The notes: generated from the sequence alone by a model not told the origin. A stretch of DNA of 64,000 nt from Bacteroidota bacterium (GCA_017303895.1 JAFLBF010000003.1:181694-245693); one strand, 5' to 3'; counted from the first letter of the stretch, positions 37,134 through 46,146 are shown. Numbers and translations are program-made.

Positions 37134-38371
37134 CAGGCATCTACCAGTTTATATAGTTTGTCGGAAGGGCGGACTTTTTCTTCCATTTTTACGGTAAAAA
37201 CGGTGCCTTTCCCGATCTTATCTGCGGTTTTATCTTCCACTCTTATCTCATCCACAAAGGTTTGGACGATTCCGGTGGTTGGACCGGTAACCAATATTTC
37301 ATCACCTAAAGAAAGGATGTGCGATTCCAACTTAAATTCGGCTACACCTGCATTTTCATAATATTTTAATCCTTTTCCAATATAGATCTTCTTTTTGGTG
37401 GCCTTAGAACCATACTCATTGCTCCATTCGCCCATGGTGCGTCCGAGATAATAGCCATCCCAAAAACCACGGTTGAATACCGTTGACAAACGTTTTTTCC
37501 ATTCTTCAAATTTCTCCGGTCCATAAGTTCCATCGTAATAGGTATCAATGGCTTCACGGTAACATTTGATCACGGTATATACATAGTCAGCGCTTCGTCC
37601 GCGACCTTCTATTTTCAAAACGGTAACACCTGCATCGATCACTTTATCCAGAAAATCGATGGTGCAAAGGTCTTTTGCCGACATGATGTATTCATTGTCG
37701 ATCTCAAATTCAACTCCTTCTTCCTTATCGATCACTACATAATTTCTTCTGCAATTTTGGATACATGCTCCACGGTTGGCTGATGCAAAATTGGAGTGTA
37801 AACTCAAATAGCATTTGCCTGAAACTGCCATGCAGAGTGCACCATGAGCGAAGATCTCCACACGGACCAATTCTCCGGATGGGCCTGTAATGTTTCTTCG
37901 TTTGATCTCGCGGGTGATCGCTGCAACTTGTTTTAAACTTAATTCACGTGCCATCACCATCACATCGGCATAATCGGCAAAAAATTCGATGCTATCGATG
38001 TTGGAAATATTGGCTTGAGTGGAGATGTGGACACGAACTCCTGTTTTCTTGGCATAATTGAACACCGCATGGTCGGATGCGATGATGGCATCAATGCCAT
38101 TATTTTTAGCAGCATCAACGATCGTTTTCATCAAATTGATGTCGTGATCATAAACGATCGTGTTCAGTGTAAGATAACTTTTGAGTCCGTTCTCTTTGCA
38201 GATGCTGGCGATCTTTGCCAGATCATCGATGGTAAAGTTGTTGCTGGAGCGAGCCCGCATGTTCAACTGTTCTATACCAAAATAAACCGAGTTGGCGCCT
38301 GCTTTTATGGCAGCCATGAGGGATTCAAACGACCCTGCCGGGGCCATTAATTCTACTTTATTTGTTTGCAT
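37133..38371 (-). CDS. U32-family protein (annotated class 'peptidase U32'; likely Fe-S O2-independent hydroxylase)
   Basis: 412 aa with the N-terminus ELMAPAGS typical of U32. Cys180/187/203/207 form CX6CX15CX3C (nt 37751-37834). Confidence 0.85.
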   Translation of the reverse strand: MQTNKVELMAPAGSFESLMAAIKAGANSVYFGIEQLNMRARSSNNFTIDDLAKIASICKENGLKSYLTLNTIVYDHDINLMKTIVDAAKNNGIDAIIASDHAVFNYAKKTGVRVHISTQANISNIDSIEFFADYADVMVMARELSLKQVAAITREIKRRNITGPSGELVRVEIFAHGALCMAVSGKCYLSLHSNFASANRGACIQNCRRNYVVIDKEEGVEFEIDNEYIMSAKDLCTIDFLDKVIDAGVTVLKIEGRGRSADYVYTVIKCYREAIDTYYDGTYGPEKFEEWKKRLSTVFNRGFWDGYYLGRTMGEWSNEYGSKATKKKIYIGKGLKYYENAGVAEFKLESHILSLGDEILVTGPTTGIVQTFVDEIRVEDKTADKIGKGTVFTVKMEEKVRPSDKLYKLVDA

Positions 38372-38444
38372 TTGCAGTATGCATTAATAATTAAGACCGC
38401 AAATATCGATTATTTTAAAAAGTAGAAAACTGATATTCGTCAGT

Positions 38445-38900
38445 TTAAAGTAAGCCGAATTGTTTGCAATGATGTACTGCGTGTTTGTAGAGCAGGTGTG
38501 TCCATTCTTCGAAATTTAATTCTCCAAAAAAAGGATTGATTAATGTTGCTCCTTTGTTGTTCTCAAAATAATGAATGAAATCTGAAATTGTTGTGTTCAG
38601 TTCATCAATGGATGCTTGCATTGTGTTATGCTTTGCCGGAGCAGGCGTTTCGGACATTAATGAATTGGGTGTATTGGGCTTAAATTCTTTATCACTCATG
38701 GCAAATGCTTTGAATACATCTACCTTCTCAACAGGAGAGATCAGTTTTTGATTATTCTTTCCTGTTGCAAAGCTAATGGAGTCGCTCATGTGTTCCACCA
38801 TTTGTTGTGCATTCAAAACACCCCAGGAGCCTTTTGCATCTGCTTGTAATTTGGTTGCTAGTAAAGGGAATTCGTTTTTTAAGAAATTTAATTTGTCCAT
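38445..38900 (-). CDS. DinB-superfamily / DUF1569-like protein
   Basis: 151 aa and helical, with His-containing motifs (MVEHMSDS, HHCKQF) of DinB-like four-helix bundles. Confidence 0.55.
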   Translation of the reverse strand: MDKLNFLKNEFPLLATKLQADAKGSWGVLNAQQMVEHMSDSISFATGKNNQKLISPVEKVDVFKAFAMSDKEFKPNTPNSLMSETPAPAKHNTMQASIDELNTTISDFIHYFENNKGATLINPFFGELNFEEWTHLLYKHAVHHCKQFGLL

Positions 38901-39337
38901 TATTTCTTTTTTAGTTCTTTCGGAAAATCTGTTTTTACAATATACACGCCATCCATAGGGTTCTCGATTGCATGGGTGTCTCTTAAATAGAAATACAAAT
39001 GTGTTTCTTTTTTCTTTTCATCCACTTGCTTATCGGTTTTCTTCAATAATTTTTTAGAAACTGCAAATTGCATCTTGTTTCCTTTTTCTGTGATACAATC
39101 AATTACAGTCATGTCATTGATGTCAAAACTGAATTGAGTATTATCAGGGAAATAACCGGCTAATGTGTATTGGGTGTTATTCTTTATTTTAAACTCTTTA
39201 ACGTGTTCCGAAACTTTTAATTCATCTTCCCATAAATGTTTGATATTATCTTCCGATTCTTCACCCTTGTGAAGGTCATCGGCAAAGCCTTGACTGAATT
39301 CGGAATTAACTTGTATAAAGTGGAGGTGTAAGTTCAT
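38900..39337 (-). CDS. Hypothetical protein
   Basis: 145-aa ORF with tight spacing to its neighbours on the same strand. I recognise no family. Confidence 0.45.
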   Translation of the reverse strand: MNLHLHFIQVNSEFSQGFADDLHKGEESEDNIKHLWEDELKVSEHVKEFKIKNNTQYTLAGYFPDNTQFSFDINDMTVIDCITEKGNKMQFAVSKKLLKKTDKQVDEKKKETHLYFYLRDTHAIENPMDGVYIVKTDFPKELKKK

Positions 39338-39339
39338 TT

Positions 39340-39729
39340 TTATTTTAGTTTAGAATCTTTGGCCGCATACCAAGGATGGATCTCTACGATCAATCTGCCG
39401 GCTTTTACCATTGGATCTTCATTAGCTAATTTTTCTGCTTCTTCTTTTGTTGCAACATTATAAACACAAATGCCACGTATATCGCCTTTATCCATGAATG
39501 GTCCTGCCAGATCCATTTTTCCTGCATCGGCCATTTTGGTAAGATGAGCAATGTGTTGTTCCTGAAGTTTGGTAACTGTTGCAGAATCCTGATCTCTGTT
39601 TGGACCTTTTTTTAGAAAAACCATGTAATAGGTTTTCATTTCATACTTTTTCTCGAACTCGTTTTTTTCTTGTGCTGAAATTGAATGAGAGAAAAGACAG
39701 ATTACAATTAGAATAAAAACATTTTTCAT
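39340..39729 (-). CDS. YciI-family protein with signal peptide
   Basis: The YciI-like core is YYMVFLKKGP...HIAHL...GPF...IVEIHPW. Confidence 0.7.
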   Translation of the reverse strand: MKNVFILIVICLFSHSISAQEKNEFEKKYEMKTYYMVFLKKGPNRDQDSATVTKLQEQHIAHLTKMADAGKMDLAGPFMDKGDIRGICVYNVATKEEAEKLANEDPMVKAGRLIVEIHPWYAAKDSKLK

Positions 39730-39809
39730 TTGTAAATTATTTTTAATAGTTAATATTAGTGTGTAACAAACTTTAATTAAATCAGCTAATCAGCTGTTTA
39801 GCCAATCAT

Positions 39810-40412
39810 CTAATTACCCTTCGTTTCTTTCCAGGTTTTGTAAATATCCTGTTGTTTCGGACGATCAGGCTCTATTTCTCTCAGTGGCTCACAGGGTTTT
39901 AATGTTGCTTTACAATCAGCTGGCAGTTGTTGGTATAATTTTGTTCCTTGTGTTTTCCAGCTGATCATTTCATCACTTACGTCCTTTACAATTTTTGCAG
40001 GATTTCCTACTACAACTTTTCGTTCCGGAATAATAGTATTTGCAGGTACAAAACACAATGCTCCAATAATGCAATTATCACCAATCACCACATCGTCCAT
40101 CACCACAGCATTCATTCCAACAAGTACATTTTTTCCAATTGTTCCACCATGAATAATGGCGCCATGGCCAATATGTGCGGCTTCTTTTAATAAAACCGTT
40201 GTGCCGGGAAACATGTGAATGGTGCAATTTTCCTGTACATTACATCCATCTTCAATGATGATCTGTCCCCAGTCGCCACGGATAGCAGCTCCCGGACCGA
40301 TGTACACATCTTTACCGATGATCACATTTCCTGTAACAGTTGCATTCGGATGTATGAATGCGCTATCGTGTATAACCGGTTTGTAACCGTTGAATTCGTA
40401 GATGTTTGCCAT
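39810..40412 (-). CDS. paaY: Phenylacetate-pathway hexapeptide-repeat thioesterase PaaY
   Basis: It is collinear with E. coli PaaY as I recall it (IGHGAIIHG, VGMNAVVMD, the LREIEP tail). Confidence 0.85.
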   Translation of the reverse strand: MANIYEFNGYKPVIHDSAFIHPNATVTGNVIIGKDVYIGPGAAIRGDWGQIIIEDGCNVQENCTIHMFPGTTVLLKEAAHIGHGAIIHGGTIGKNVLVGMNAVVMDDVVIGDNCIIGALCFVPANTIIPERKVVVGNPAKIVKDVSDEMISWKTQGTKLYQQLPADCKATLKPCEPLREIEPDRPKQQDIYKTWKETKGN

Positions 40413-40480
40413 TTTTTAACGCAAAGGCGCGAAGGCGCTTTTTTTATTTCACCGCGTCTCTGCGTCTCCGCGGTGAGTGA

Positions 40481-41689
40481 TTAACATTTTTCTATGATAA
40501 CTGCATATCCTTGTCCAACACCAATACACATTGTTACAAGAGCATAACGCTTATTTTGTTCCTGCAATTCAATAGCTGCAGAGTTGAGGATGCGTGCGCC
40601 ACTCATTCCTAAAGGATGCCCTAATGCAATGGCTCCGCCATTCGGATTGATGCGTGGATCATTATCTGCTAAGCCCAAAGCACGAGTGCATGCCAATGAT
40701 TGAGCAGCAAATGCTTCGTTCAGTTCAATAATATCAATGTCTTTAATGGTTAGTCCTGCACGTTTTAATGCCATGTTGCTCGCGTCAACCGGACCAATTC
40801 CCATGATGCGAGGCTCAACACCGGCAACACCACTGGAAACAATTCTTGCTAATGGTTTTAAGTTGTATTTTTTTACTGCCTCATCTGATGCTAATAAAAT
40901 AGCAGCAGCACCATCATTTAATCCTGAAGCATTGCCTGCAGTAACGGTTCCGCCTTCTTTTTTGAATGCACCTTTTAATTTAGATAAACCTTCCATGCTC
41001 GTTTCAGGACGCATGAATTCATCTTTGTCAAATATTTTCGGATCTCCTTTTTTCTGAGGAATCTCAACGGCTACGATCTCTTTTGCAAATCGTCCTTTTG
41101 CTTGTGCAGCAGCAGCTTTTTGCTGGCTCCACAATGCAAATTTATCCTGGTCTTCACGACTGATCTTATCTCTATCTGCTAAATTTTCTGCGGTTTCGCC
41201 CATTCCATCTACTCCGTAAAGTTCTTTCATTTTCGGGTTGATGAATCTCCATCCAAAGCTGGAGTCGAACATTTGCTGATCGCGACCGAATGCTGCGGAT
41301 GCTTTTGACATCACCCAAGGACCACGTGTCATATTTTCTACTCCACCGGCTACCATTAGATCTGTTTCGCCAATCATGATACTGCGAGCTGCAGCCATGG
41401 TTGCAGATAAGCCAGATGCACACAGGCGGTTCACGGTTTCTCCCGGTACCTGATATGGCATTCCTGCTAATAATAAAGCCATACGAGCCACATTGCGGTT
41501 ATCTTCACCGGCCTGATTCGCACAACCCATGATCACATCACCAATTTCTTTTTGGTCGATGGATGGATTGCGTTTCATTAATTCTTTCAGCACTAATGCT
41601 GCTAAATCATCGGTACGAACAGTTGAAAGTGTTCCACCAAAATTTCCGATCGGAGTTCTAACTCCATTTACGATATATGCGTTTTTCAT
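40481..41689 (-). CDS. paaJ: 3-oxoadipyl-CoA / 3-oxo-5,6-dehydrosuberyl-CoA thiolase
   Basis: It has thiolase motifs NRLCASG, GGAIALGHPLGMSG and CIGVGQG. Confidence 0.9.
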   Translation of the reverse strand: MKNAYIVNGVRTPIGNFGGTLSTVRTDDLAALVLKELMKRNPSIDQKEIGDVIMGCANQAGEDNRNVARMALLLAGMPYQVPGETVNRLCASGLSATMAAARSIMIGETDLMVAGGVENMTRGPWVMSKASAAFGRDQQMFDSSFGWRFINPKMKELYGVDGMGETAENLADRDKISREDQDKFALWSQQKAAAAQAKGRFAKEIVAVEIPQKKGDPKIFDKDEFMRPETSMEGLSKLKGAFKKEGGTVTAGNASGLNDGAAAILLASDEAVKKYNLKPLARIVSSGVAGVEPRIMGIGPVDASNMALKRAGLTIKDIDIIELNEAFAAQSLACTRALGLADNDPRINPNGGAIALGHPLGMSGARILNSAAIELQEQNKRYALVTMCIGVGQGYAVIIEKC

Positions 41690-41726
41690 TTATCTACTAA
41701 TTACGAGTTTTTACGAATAGTCTATT

Positions 41727-42158
41727 TTATTTTTCTACAGGAAACCATTCCTTGCTAGTTCTATATACTGTTCCCTTAAATAAGGCAACAACTTTATTGT
41801 TTTGATTGGTAACAGTTATGTGATACACTCCAACTTTGTTGGAAAGACTCATTTCTTCTGCAGTAGCAGTGATCACATCTCCCTCCTTTAAAGATTCGGT
41901 GTGTGAGATACTTGTTTCAACAGAAACACTCATTCTTCCGTGTGAGTTAGAAGCAAACGCTAAAGCACTATCAGCTAGAGAGTAGGTGATCCCACCGTGT
42001 GCAATGGCGAAGCCATTCAGCATTTCTTTACGGATGGTCATTTTTAAAACACATCTGCCTTGTTTTACTTCTAAGCGCTCAATACCTAACCACTGACTGA
42101 ACCAGTCGTTGTCATACATCTTACCTACGATCTTTTCCGGAAGTGTGTTGTTATCCAT
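41727..42158 (-). CDS. paaI: Hydroxyphenylacetyl-CoA thioesterase (hotdog fold)
   Basis: 143 aa with PaaI-type sequence (FSQWLGI...AHGG...LADSA). Confidence 0.85.
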   Translation of the reverse strand: MDNNTLPEKIVGKMYDNDWFSQWLGIERLEVKQGRCVLKMTIRKEMLNGFAIAHGGITYSLADSALAFASNSHGRMSVSVETSISHTESLKEGDVITATAEEMSLSNKVGVYHITVTNQNNKVVALFKGTVYRTSKEWFPVEK

Positions 42159-42167
42159 TTTTGCTTT

Positions 42168-43355
42168 CTAGTTAAAAAATCTTTTACCGTCTTTCACCAT
42201 CATTTTCATTAATACACATGGGCGGTAACGGTCTTCTCCATATAACTCATACATTACTTCTAATGTATTCAATACGTTGGCTAATCCTATCTCATCCGAC
42301 CATTTTAATAAGCCTTTAGGATAGTTTACACCTTTGGTCATTGCCAGATCCAGATCTTCTTTTGTTGCCAATTGTAAATACAAAGAGTCAGCGGCCTCAT
42401 TGATCAACATTGCAATGACTCTGTTGAAAATGTATTTCCCTAATTCTTCATTCTGTTTTGGTTCCGGCATAGCCTTTCCTTCGGCATAATTATAATATCC
42501 TCTGCCTGATTTTCTGCCGAATAATTTTGCCTCAAATAATCGTTTTTGTGTTAAACTTGGTTTGAAACGTGGCTCATAAAAGAACTGTTCCCAAACGCTT
42601 TCTGTTACTTTGTAATTGATATCATTGCCAATAAAATCCATTAATTCAAATGGCCCCATTTTAAATCCACCATAAGTTTTTAGTGCCCAATCGATGGTTG
42701 CGAAATCGGCCATGCCTTCTTCATAGATGCGGATAGATTCACCGTAGTAAGATCGAGCGACACGATTTACGATAAAGCCGGGAGTGTCTTTTGTAAGCAC
42801 TGTTACTTTCCCCCAGGAGTCAATTAATTTTTTTGATTCTATAGTGATGGCTTCATCCGTTGTGATAGCAGGAATGATCTCCACCAATGGCATTAATGGT
42901 GCAGGATTAAAAAAGTGTATGCCGATCACTCTGTTTGATTTTTTGCAAGCAGAAGCAATAGAGGCAATGGATAGAGAAGAGGTATTGCTTGCTAGAATGC
43001 AATCAGCAGTAACAATACTTTCTAGTTCTGAGAATACTTTTTGTTTTACATCCAGATTTTCAATGATGGCTTCAATGATCAATCCACAGTTTTTAAAATC
43101 CTGTAAGTTAGAGGCGTATTTTGTTCTTGCAAAAATTTCAGAAGCTGTTTGTTCTGTCAGTTTTTGTTTTTCTACCAATTTTTTGAGTGTACTCTCTAAA
43201 TTACTTTTTGCTTTGTCGAGTGCAGCTTGATTATTGTCGTAAACAATTACTTCATGTCCTGCAGTTGCTGCTACTTGTGCAATGCCTGCTCCCATTGCTC
43301 CTGAGCCAATTACTCCTATAATGTTGTTAGTTGTTAGTTGTTGGTTGTTGGGCAT
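42168..43355 (-). CDS. paaH: 3-hydroxyadipyl-CoA (3-hydroxyacyl-CoA) dehydrogenase
   Basis: It has the Rossmann motif VIGSGAMGAGIA and HFFNPAP. The N-terminal extension MPNNQQLTTNN is encoded by one arm of an inverted repeat. Confidence 0.85.
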   Translation of the reverse strand: MPNNQQLTTNNIIGVIGSGAMGAGIAQVAATAGHEVIVYDNNQAALDKAKSNLESTLKKLVEKQKLTEQTASEIFARTKYASNLQDFKNCGLIIEAIIENLDVKQKVFSELESIVTADCILASNTSSLSIASIASACKKSNRVIGIHFFNPAPLMPLVEIIPAITTDEAITIESKKLIDSWGKVTVLTKDTPGFIVNRVARSYYGESIRIYEEGMADFATIDWALKTYGGFKMGPFELMDFIGNDINYKVTESVWEQFFYEPRFKPSLTQKRLFEAKLFGRKSGRGYYNYAEGKAMPEPKQNEELGKYIFNRVIAMLINEAADSLYLQLATKEDLDLAMTKGVNYPKGLLKWSDEIGLANVLNTLEVMYELYGEDRYRPCVLMKMMVKDGKRFFN

Positions 43356-43538
43356 GTCTAATCTAATAATTATACAGAATTTGTTTAATGATACTATTTT
43401 TTACAATTAACAGTTCTCGATACGGTTCGTTCCTCACCACTCGAACTGACACTTAAAATTTTGATGATTTTTTAATTATCTAAATTATTATTTTCTTAAA
43501 ATCTAACAACCAATAACCAATAACTAATAACCAACAAC
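43323..43538. repeat. Long-range imperfect inverted repeat of (GTTGTTR)n bracketing the paaG-paaH spacer
   Basis: Arm L is 43323-43352, GTTGTTAGTTGTTAGTTGTTGGTTGTTGGG. Arm R is 43503-43538, CTAACAACCAATAACCAATAACTAATAACCAACAAC. By hand alignment there are about 25 Watson-Crick pairs and 1 G-U pair over 29 positions. Confidence 0.7.
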
Positions 43539-43543
43539 AGTAG

Positions 43544-44320
43544 TTAACATCCCTTAAAAATTGGTTTTCGTTTTTCTAAAAAGGCATTTACACCTTCGTT
43601 ATAGTCGTAGCTTTTAGCTGCTTTTACTTGTTCATTTCCCTCTGCGATCAATTGCTCTGAAAGGTTGTTGGTCATACTTTGGTTTAATAATTTTTTTGTT
43701 AGACCGATCCCAATGGTTGGCATATCGGCCAATGTTTTGGCAATGCTTAAGGCATCAGCTTGTAAATTAACATCGTCAGCAACTTTATAGATCATACCCA
43801 TTCTTTCAGCATCAGCTGCCATTACTTTATCTCCAAGCATCATCAGTGCTGATGCTTTTCCAAAGCCTATTAACCTTGGCAAAAAGAAAGTTCCTCCACT
43901 GTCGGGGATCAACCCGATCTTACTAAATGCCTGGATGAATGCAACAGAAGTTCCTGCAATAACCACATCACAAGCCAATGCAATATTTGCTCCTGCTCCG
44001 GCAGCCACTCCATTTACAGCACAAACAATTGGTTTTTCAATATTACGTATCTTTTCGATGATAGGGTTGTAGTGTTCTCTCACAATGCGTTCAATCCCGG
44101 GTCCGCTAGTATCCATTGCTTCCGAAAGATCCTGTCCGGCACAAAAGGCTTTTCCTTCGCCTGTTATTAAAACTGCACGAATGTTTTTATCATTATTGGC
44201 TTTATCCAATTCAGCTTGCAGTTGTAAAGCCATTTCACGGTTAAAACTGTTGAATTTATCGGGACGGTTAAGTGTTAATTTTAAAACACAACCATCAAGT
44301 TCTGATTTTATAAATGTCAT
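43544..44320 (-). CDS. paaG: 1,2-epoxyphenylacetyl-CoA isomerase (crotonase family)
   Basis: I place the start at the ATG at 44320 (MTFIKSELDG). LTLNRPDKFNSFN...GKAFCAGQDL is closely similar to E. coli PaaG as I recall it. Confidence 0.85.
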   Translation of the reverse strand: MTFIKSELDGCVLKLTLNRPDKFNSFNREMALQLQAELDKANNDKNIRAVLITGEGKAFCAGQDLSEAMDTSGPGIERIVREHYNPIIEKIRNIEKPIVCAVNGVAAGAGANIALACDVVIAGTSVAFIQAFSKIGLIPDSGGTFFLPRLIGFGKASALMMLGDKVMAADAERMGMIYKVADDVNLQADALSIAKTLADMPTIGIGLTKKLLNQSMTNNLSEQLIAEGNEQVKAAKSYDYNEGVNAFLEKRKPIFKGC

Positions 44321-44378
44321 GATTATTTGATTTTTCAGCAATCAAATATAAGGGCAATTGGCGGATAAAAAAAGTAGT

Positions 44379-45518
44379 TTATAGGCTGTTCCTGAAAGTA
44401 ATTTTATAGGTAGAGCCGTTTGTATTGTTATAGGCTAATGTGGCATTTATTTGCTCAATTAATGCATCCAAAATTTCCAATCCGACAGAAGATTTTTTTG
44501 TAGATTGTGGTGTAAAGCCGGGACCGCTATCTTTCACGATCAACTCGACCATTTTTTCATTTTCAGATAGTTCAATTTCAATAGTTCCTGTTCCTGTAGC
44601 TTTGAAAGCATGTTTGTAAGAGTTGGTTACCAGCTCATTGACGATGAGTGAAAGAGGAATGGCAATGGAAACAGGGAGCTCAACATCATTTATTTTTGGA
44701 ACAAGTGTTATGCCTTTTGCTTGGTTGGAGAAGGTTTCTGATAAATTTTGTAGTAATTCGTGTAAATACTTTTTGAAATTAACGCTTGAATAGGATTTCG
44801 ACTGATACAAAAGCTGATGAACTGTTGCTATTGAGTTGATGCGGCTTCGAACTTCTTGAAATAGATCCTGATGAAATTTATCTTTTGCCTTTTCAGATTG
44901 AAGATTTAGTAAGCTTGAAACAATGGTCAGGTTGTTCTTTACTCGGTGGTGCACTTCTTGCAGCAGAACACGTTGCTCTTCGAGCAGTTGTTCCAGTTGC
45001 ATTTTAACTTTTGTTCGCTCATGTGTTTCTACTGCGAGTGATACCATTTGTGTGATCACCAATCCAAATTTTTTTTCATCCTCTGTCCATTTGTGCTGCT
45101 CCTTGGTGTTTTCAAAACATACCACACCAATGATCTCGCCTTCAATACGCATGGGAATATCCATGAGCGATTCAATGTGGTTGGGTTTTAGGTAGATCTC
45201 CAATAATTCAGCTGTTTTGGGATTATTGAGTGCATCATGAGTTGCGATCAATTTTTCCGATTCAAAAAGCTTAAAGTATTTCGGCATTGCCACTCTTGGC
45301 AGGTCGGATTGAGAAACCAATTTGTGTTTTTCCAGATCATAATTGCCAATGCAGTGTATTTGAGAATAATCGGCATTATAGAGCCAGGCATTTACTCGTT
45401 GAGCATTGATGGCCAAAGCTGCTTTTTCAAGTATCTCGTAGATAGCATCTTCCAGTTTCCCATCTCGAATTTTACGTGAACGGGATAATTCTTCTATGGT
45501 ATCGAAAAAAGAATTCAT
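44379..45518 (-). CDS. Cytoplasmic GAF-domain sensor histidine kinase (HisKA_2/HWE-type)
   Basis: 379 aa with no TM. It has a GAF-like N-terminal half, the H-box HHRVKNNLTIVSSLL and an HATPase_c region (NELVTNSYKHAF...DSGPGF). Confidence 0.8.
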   Translation of the reverse strand: MNSFFDTIEELSRSRKIRDGKLEDAIYEILEKAALAINAQRVNAWLYNADYSQIHCIGNYDLEKHKLVSQSDLPRVAMPKYFKLFESEKLIATHDALNNPKTAELLEIYLKPNHIESLMDIPMRIEGEIIGVVCFENTKEQHKWTEDEKKFGLVITQMVSLAVETHERTKVKMQLEQLLEEQRVLLQEVHHRVKNNLTIVSSLLNLQSEKAKDKFHQDLFQEVRSRINSIATVHQLLYQSKSYSSVNFKKYLHELLQNLSETFSNQAKGITLVPKINDVELPVSIAIPLSLIVNELVTNSYKHAFKATGTGTIEIELSENEKMVELIVKDSGPGFTPQSTKKSSVGLEILDALIEQINATLAYNNTNGSTYKITFRNSL

Positions 45519-45585
45519 CGTTGCTGGTCGGTTTAAATTGCCAATTTAAAGTAAAAATATGGCAATTAGTCGAGAAAGTCAAGTG

Positions 45586-46071
45586 CTAAATACACTTAAA
45601 ATAATCAAAAGGCTCTTTGCAATCCAAGCATTTGTATAGTGCTTTGCAAGCGGTAGATCCAAACTGAGAGATCATCTCGGTGTTTTGTGAGCCGCATTGC
45701 GGGCATTTTAAAACTTTGGCTTTCCCTATCAATACGCCTTTATCGACAGTAGAGTGGAGTGGTGGCGCAATGCCGTATTTTCTTAATTTTTCTTTGGCTT
45801 CATCTGTTATCCAATCGGTAGTCCAAGTTGGTGAATACACCAATTTTACACTCACTTTGCCAACATTTTTTTCTTTTAAGGCTTCCTGTATCTGATCTTC
45901 GATGAGTTTCATGGCAGGGCATCCGCTGTAAGTAGGCGTAATGTACACTTCGCAGTTGCCATCTTTTATCTCTACCCGTTGAAGTATGCCAAGGTCTTTG
46001 ATCGTGATCACAGGAATTTCCGGGTCTGGAATTTCTGAGAGAATGTCGTATATCTGTTGTTCGTTTAACAT
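45586..46071 (-). CDS. paaD: 1,2-phenylacetyl-CoA epoxidase subunit D
   Basis: An N-terminal MIP18-like domain is followed by a C-terminal zinc ribbon, CPQCGS...CLDC. Confidence 0.85.
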   Translation of the reverse strand: MLNEQQIYDILSEIPDPEIPVITIKDLGILQRVEIKDGNCEVYITPTYSGCPAMKLIEDQIQEALKEKNVGKVSVKLVYSPTWTTDWITDEAKEKLRKYGIAPPLHSTVDKGVLIGKAKVLKCPQCGSQNTEMISQFGSTACKALYKCLDCKEPFDYFKCI

Positions 46072-46095
46072 AGTTCGTTTGGTATAACAAAAATA

Positions 46096-46124
46096 AATCC
46101 TCCAATGTTTAGCAAAGGAGGATT
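46096..46124 (-). terminator. Terminator-like hairpin between paaC and paaD
   Basis: On the minus strand an 8-bp stem, AATCCTCC/GGAGGATT, with a 13-nt loop is followed by TATTTTTGTT. Confidence 0.4.
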
Positions 46125-46146
46125 CATAATTATTGGTTAAGAAAGA

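Noticed and set aside
43410-43445. tRNA-fragment-like sequence (GGTTCGTTCC) within the relatively GC-rich centre of the paaG-paaH spacer.
   Set aside because: There are no complementary T-stem arms, acceptor stem or anticodon arm. Only a 6-bp cagttc/gaactg inverted repeat surrounds it.
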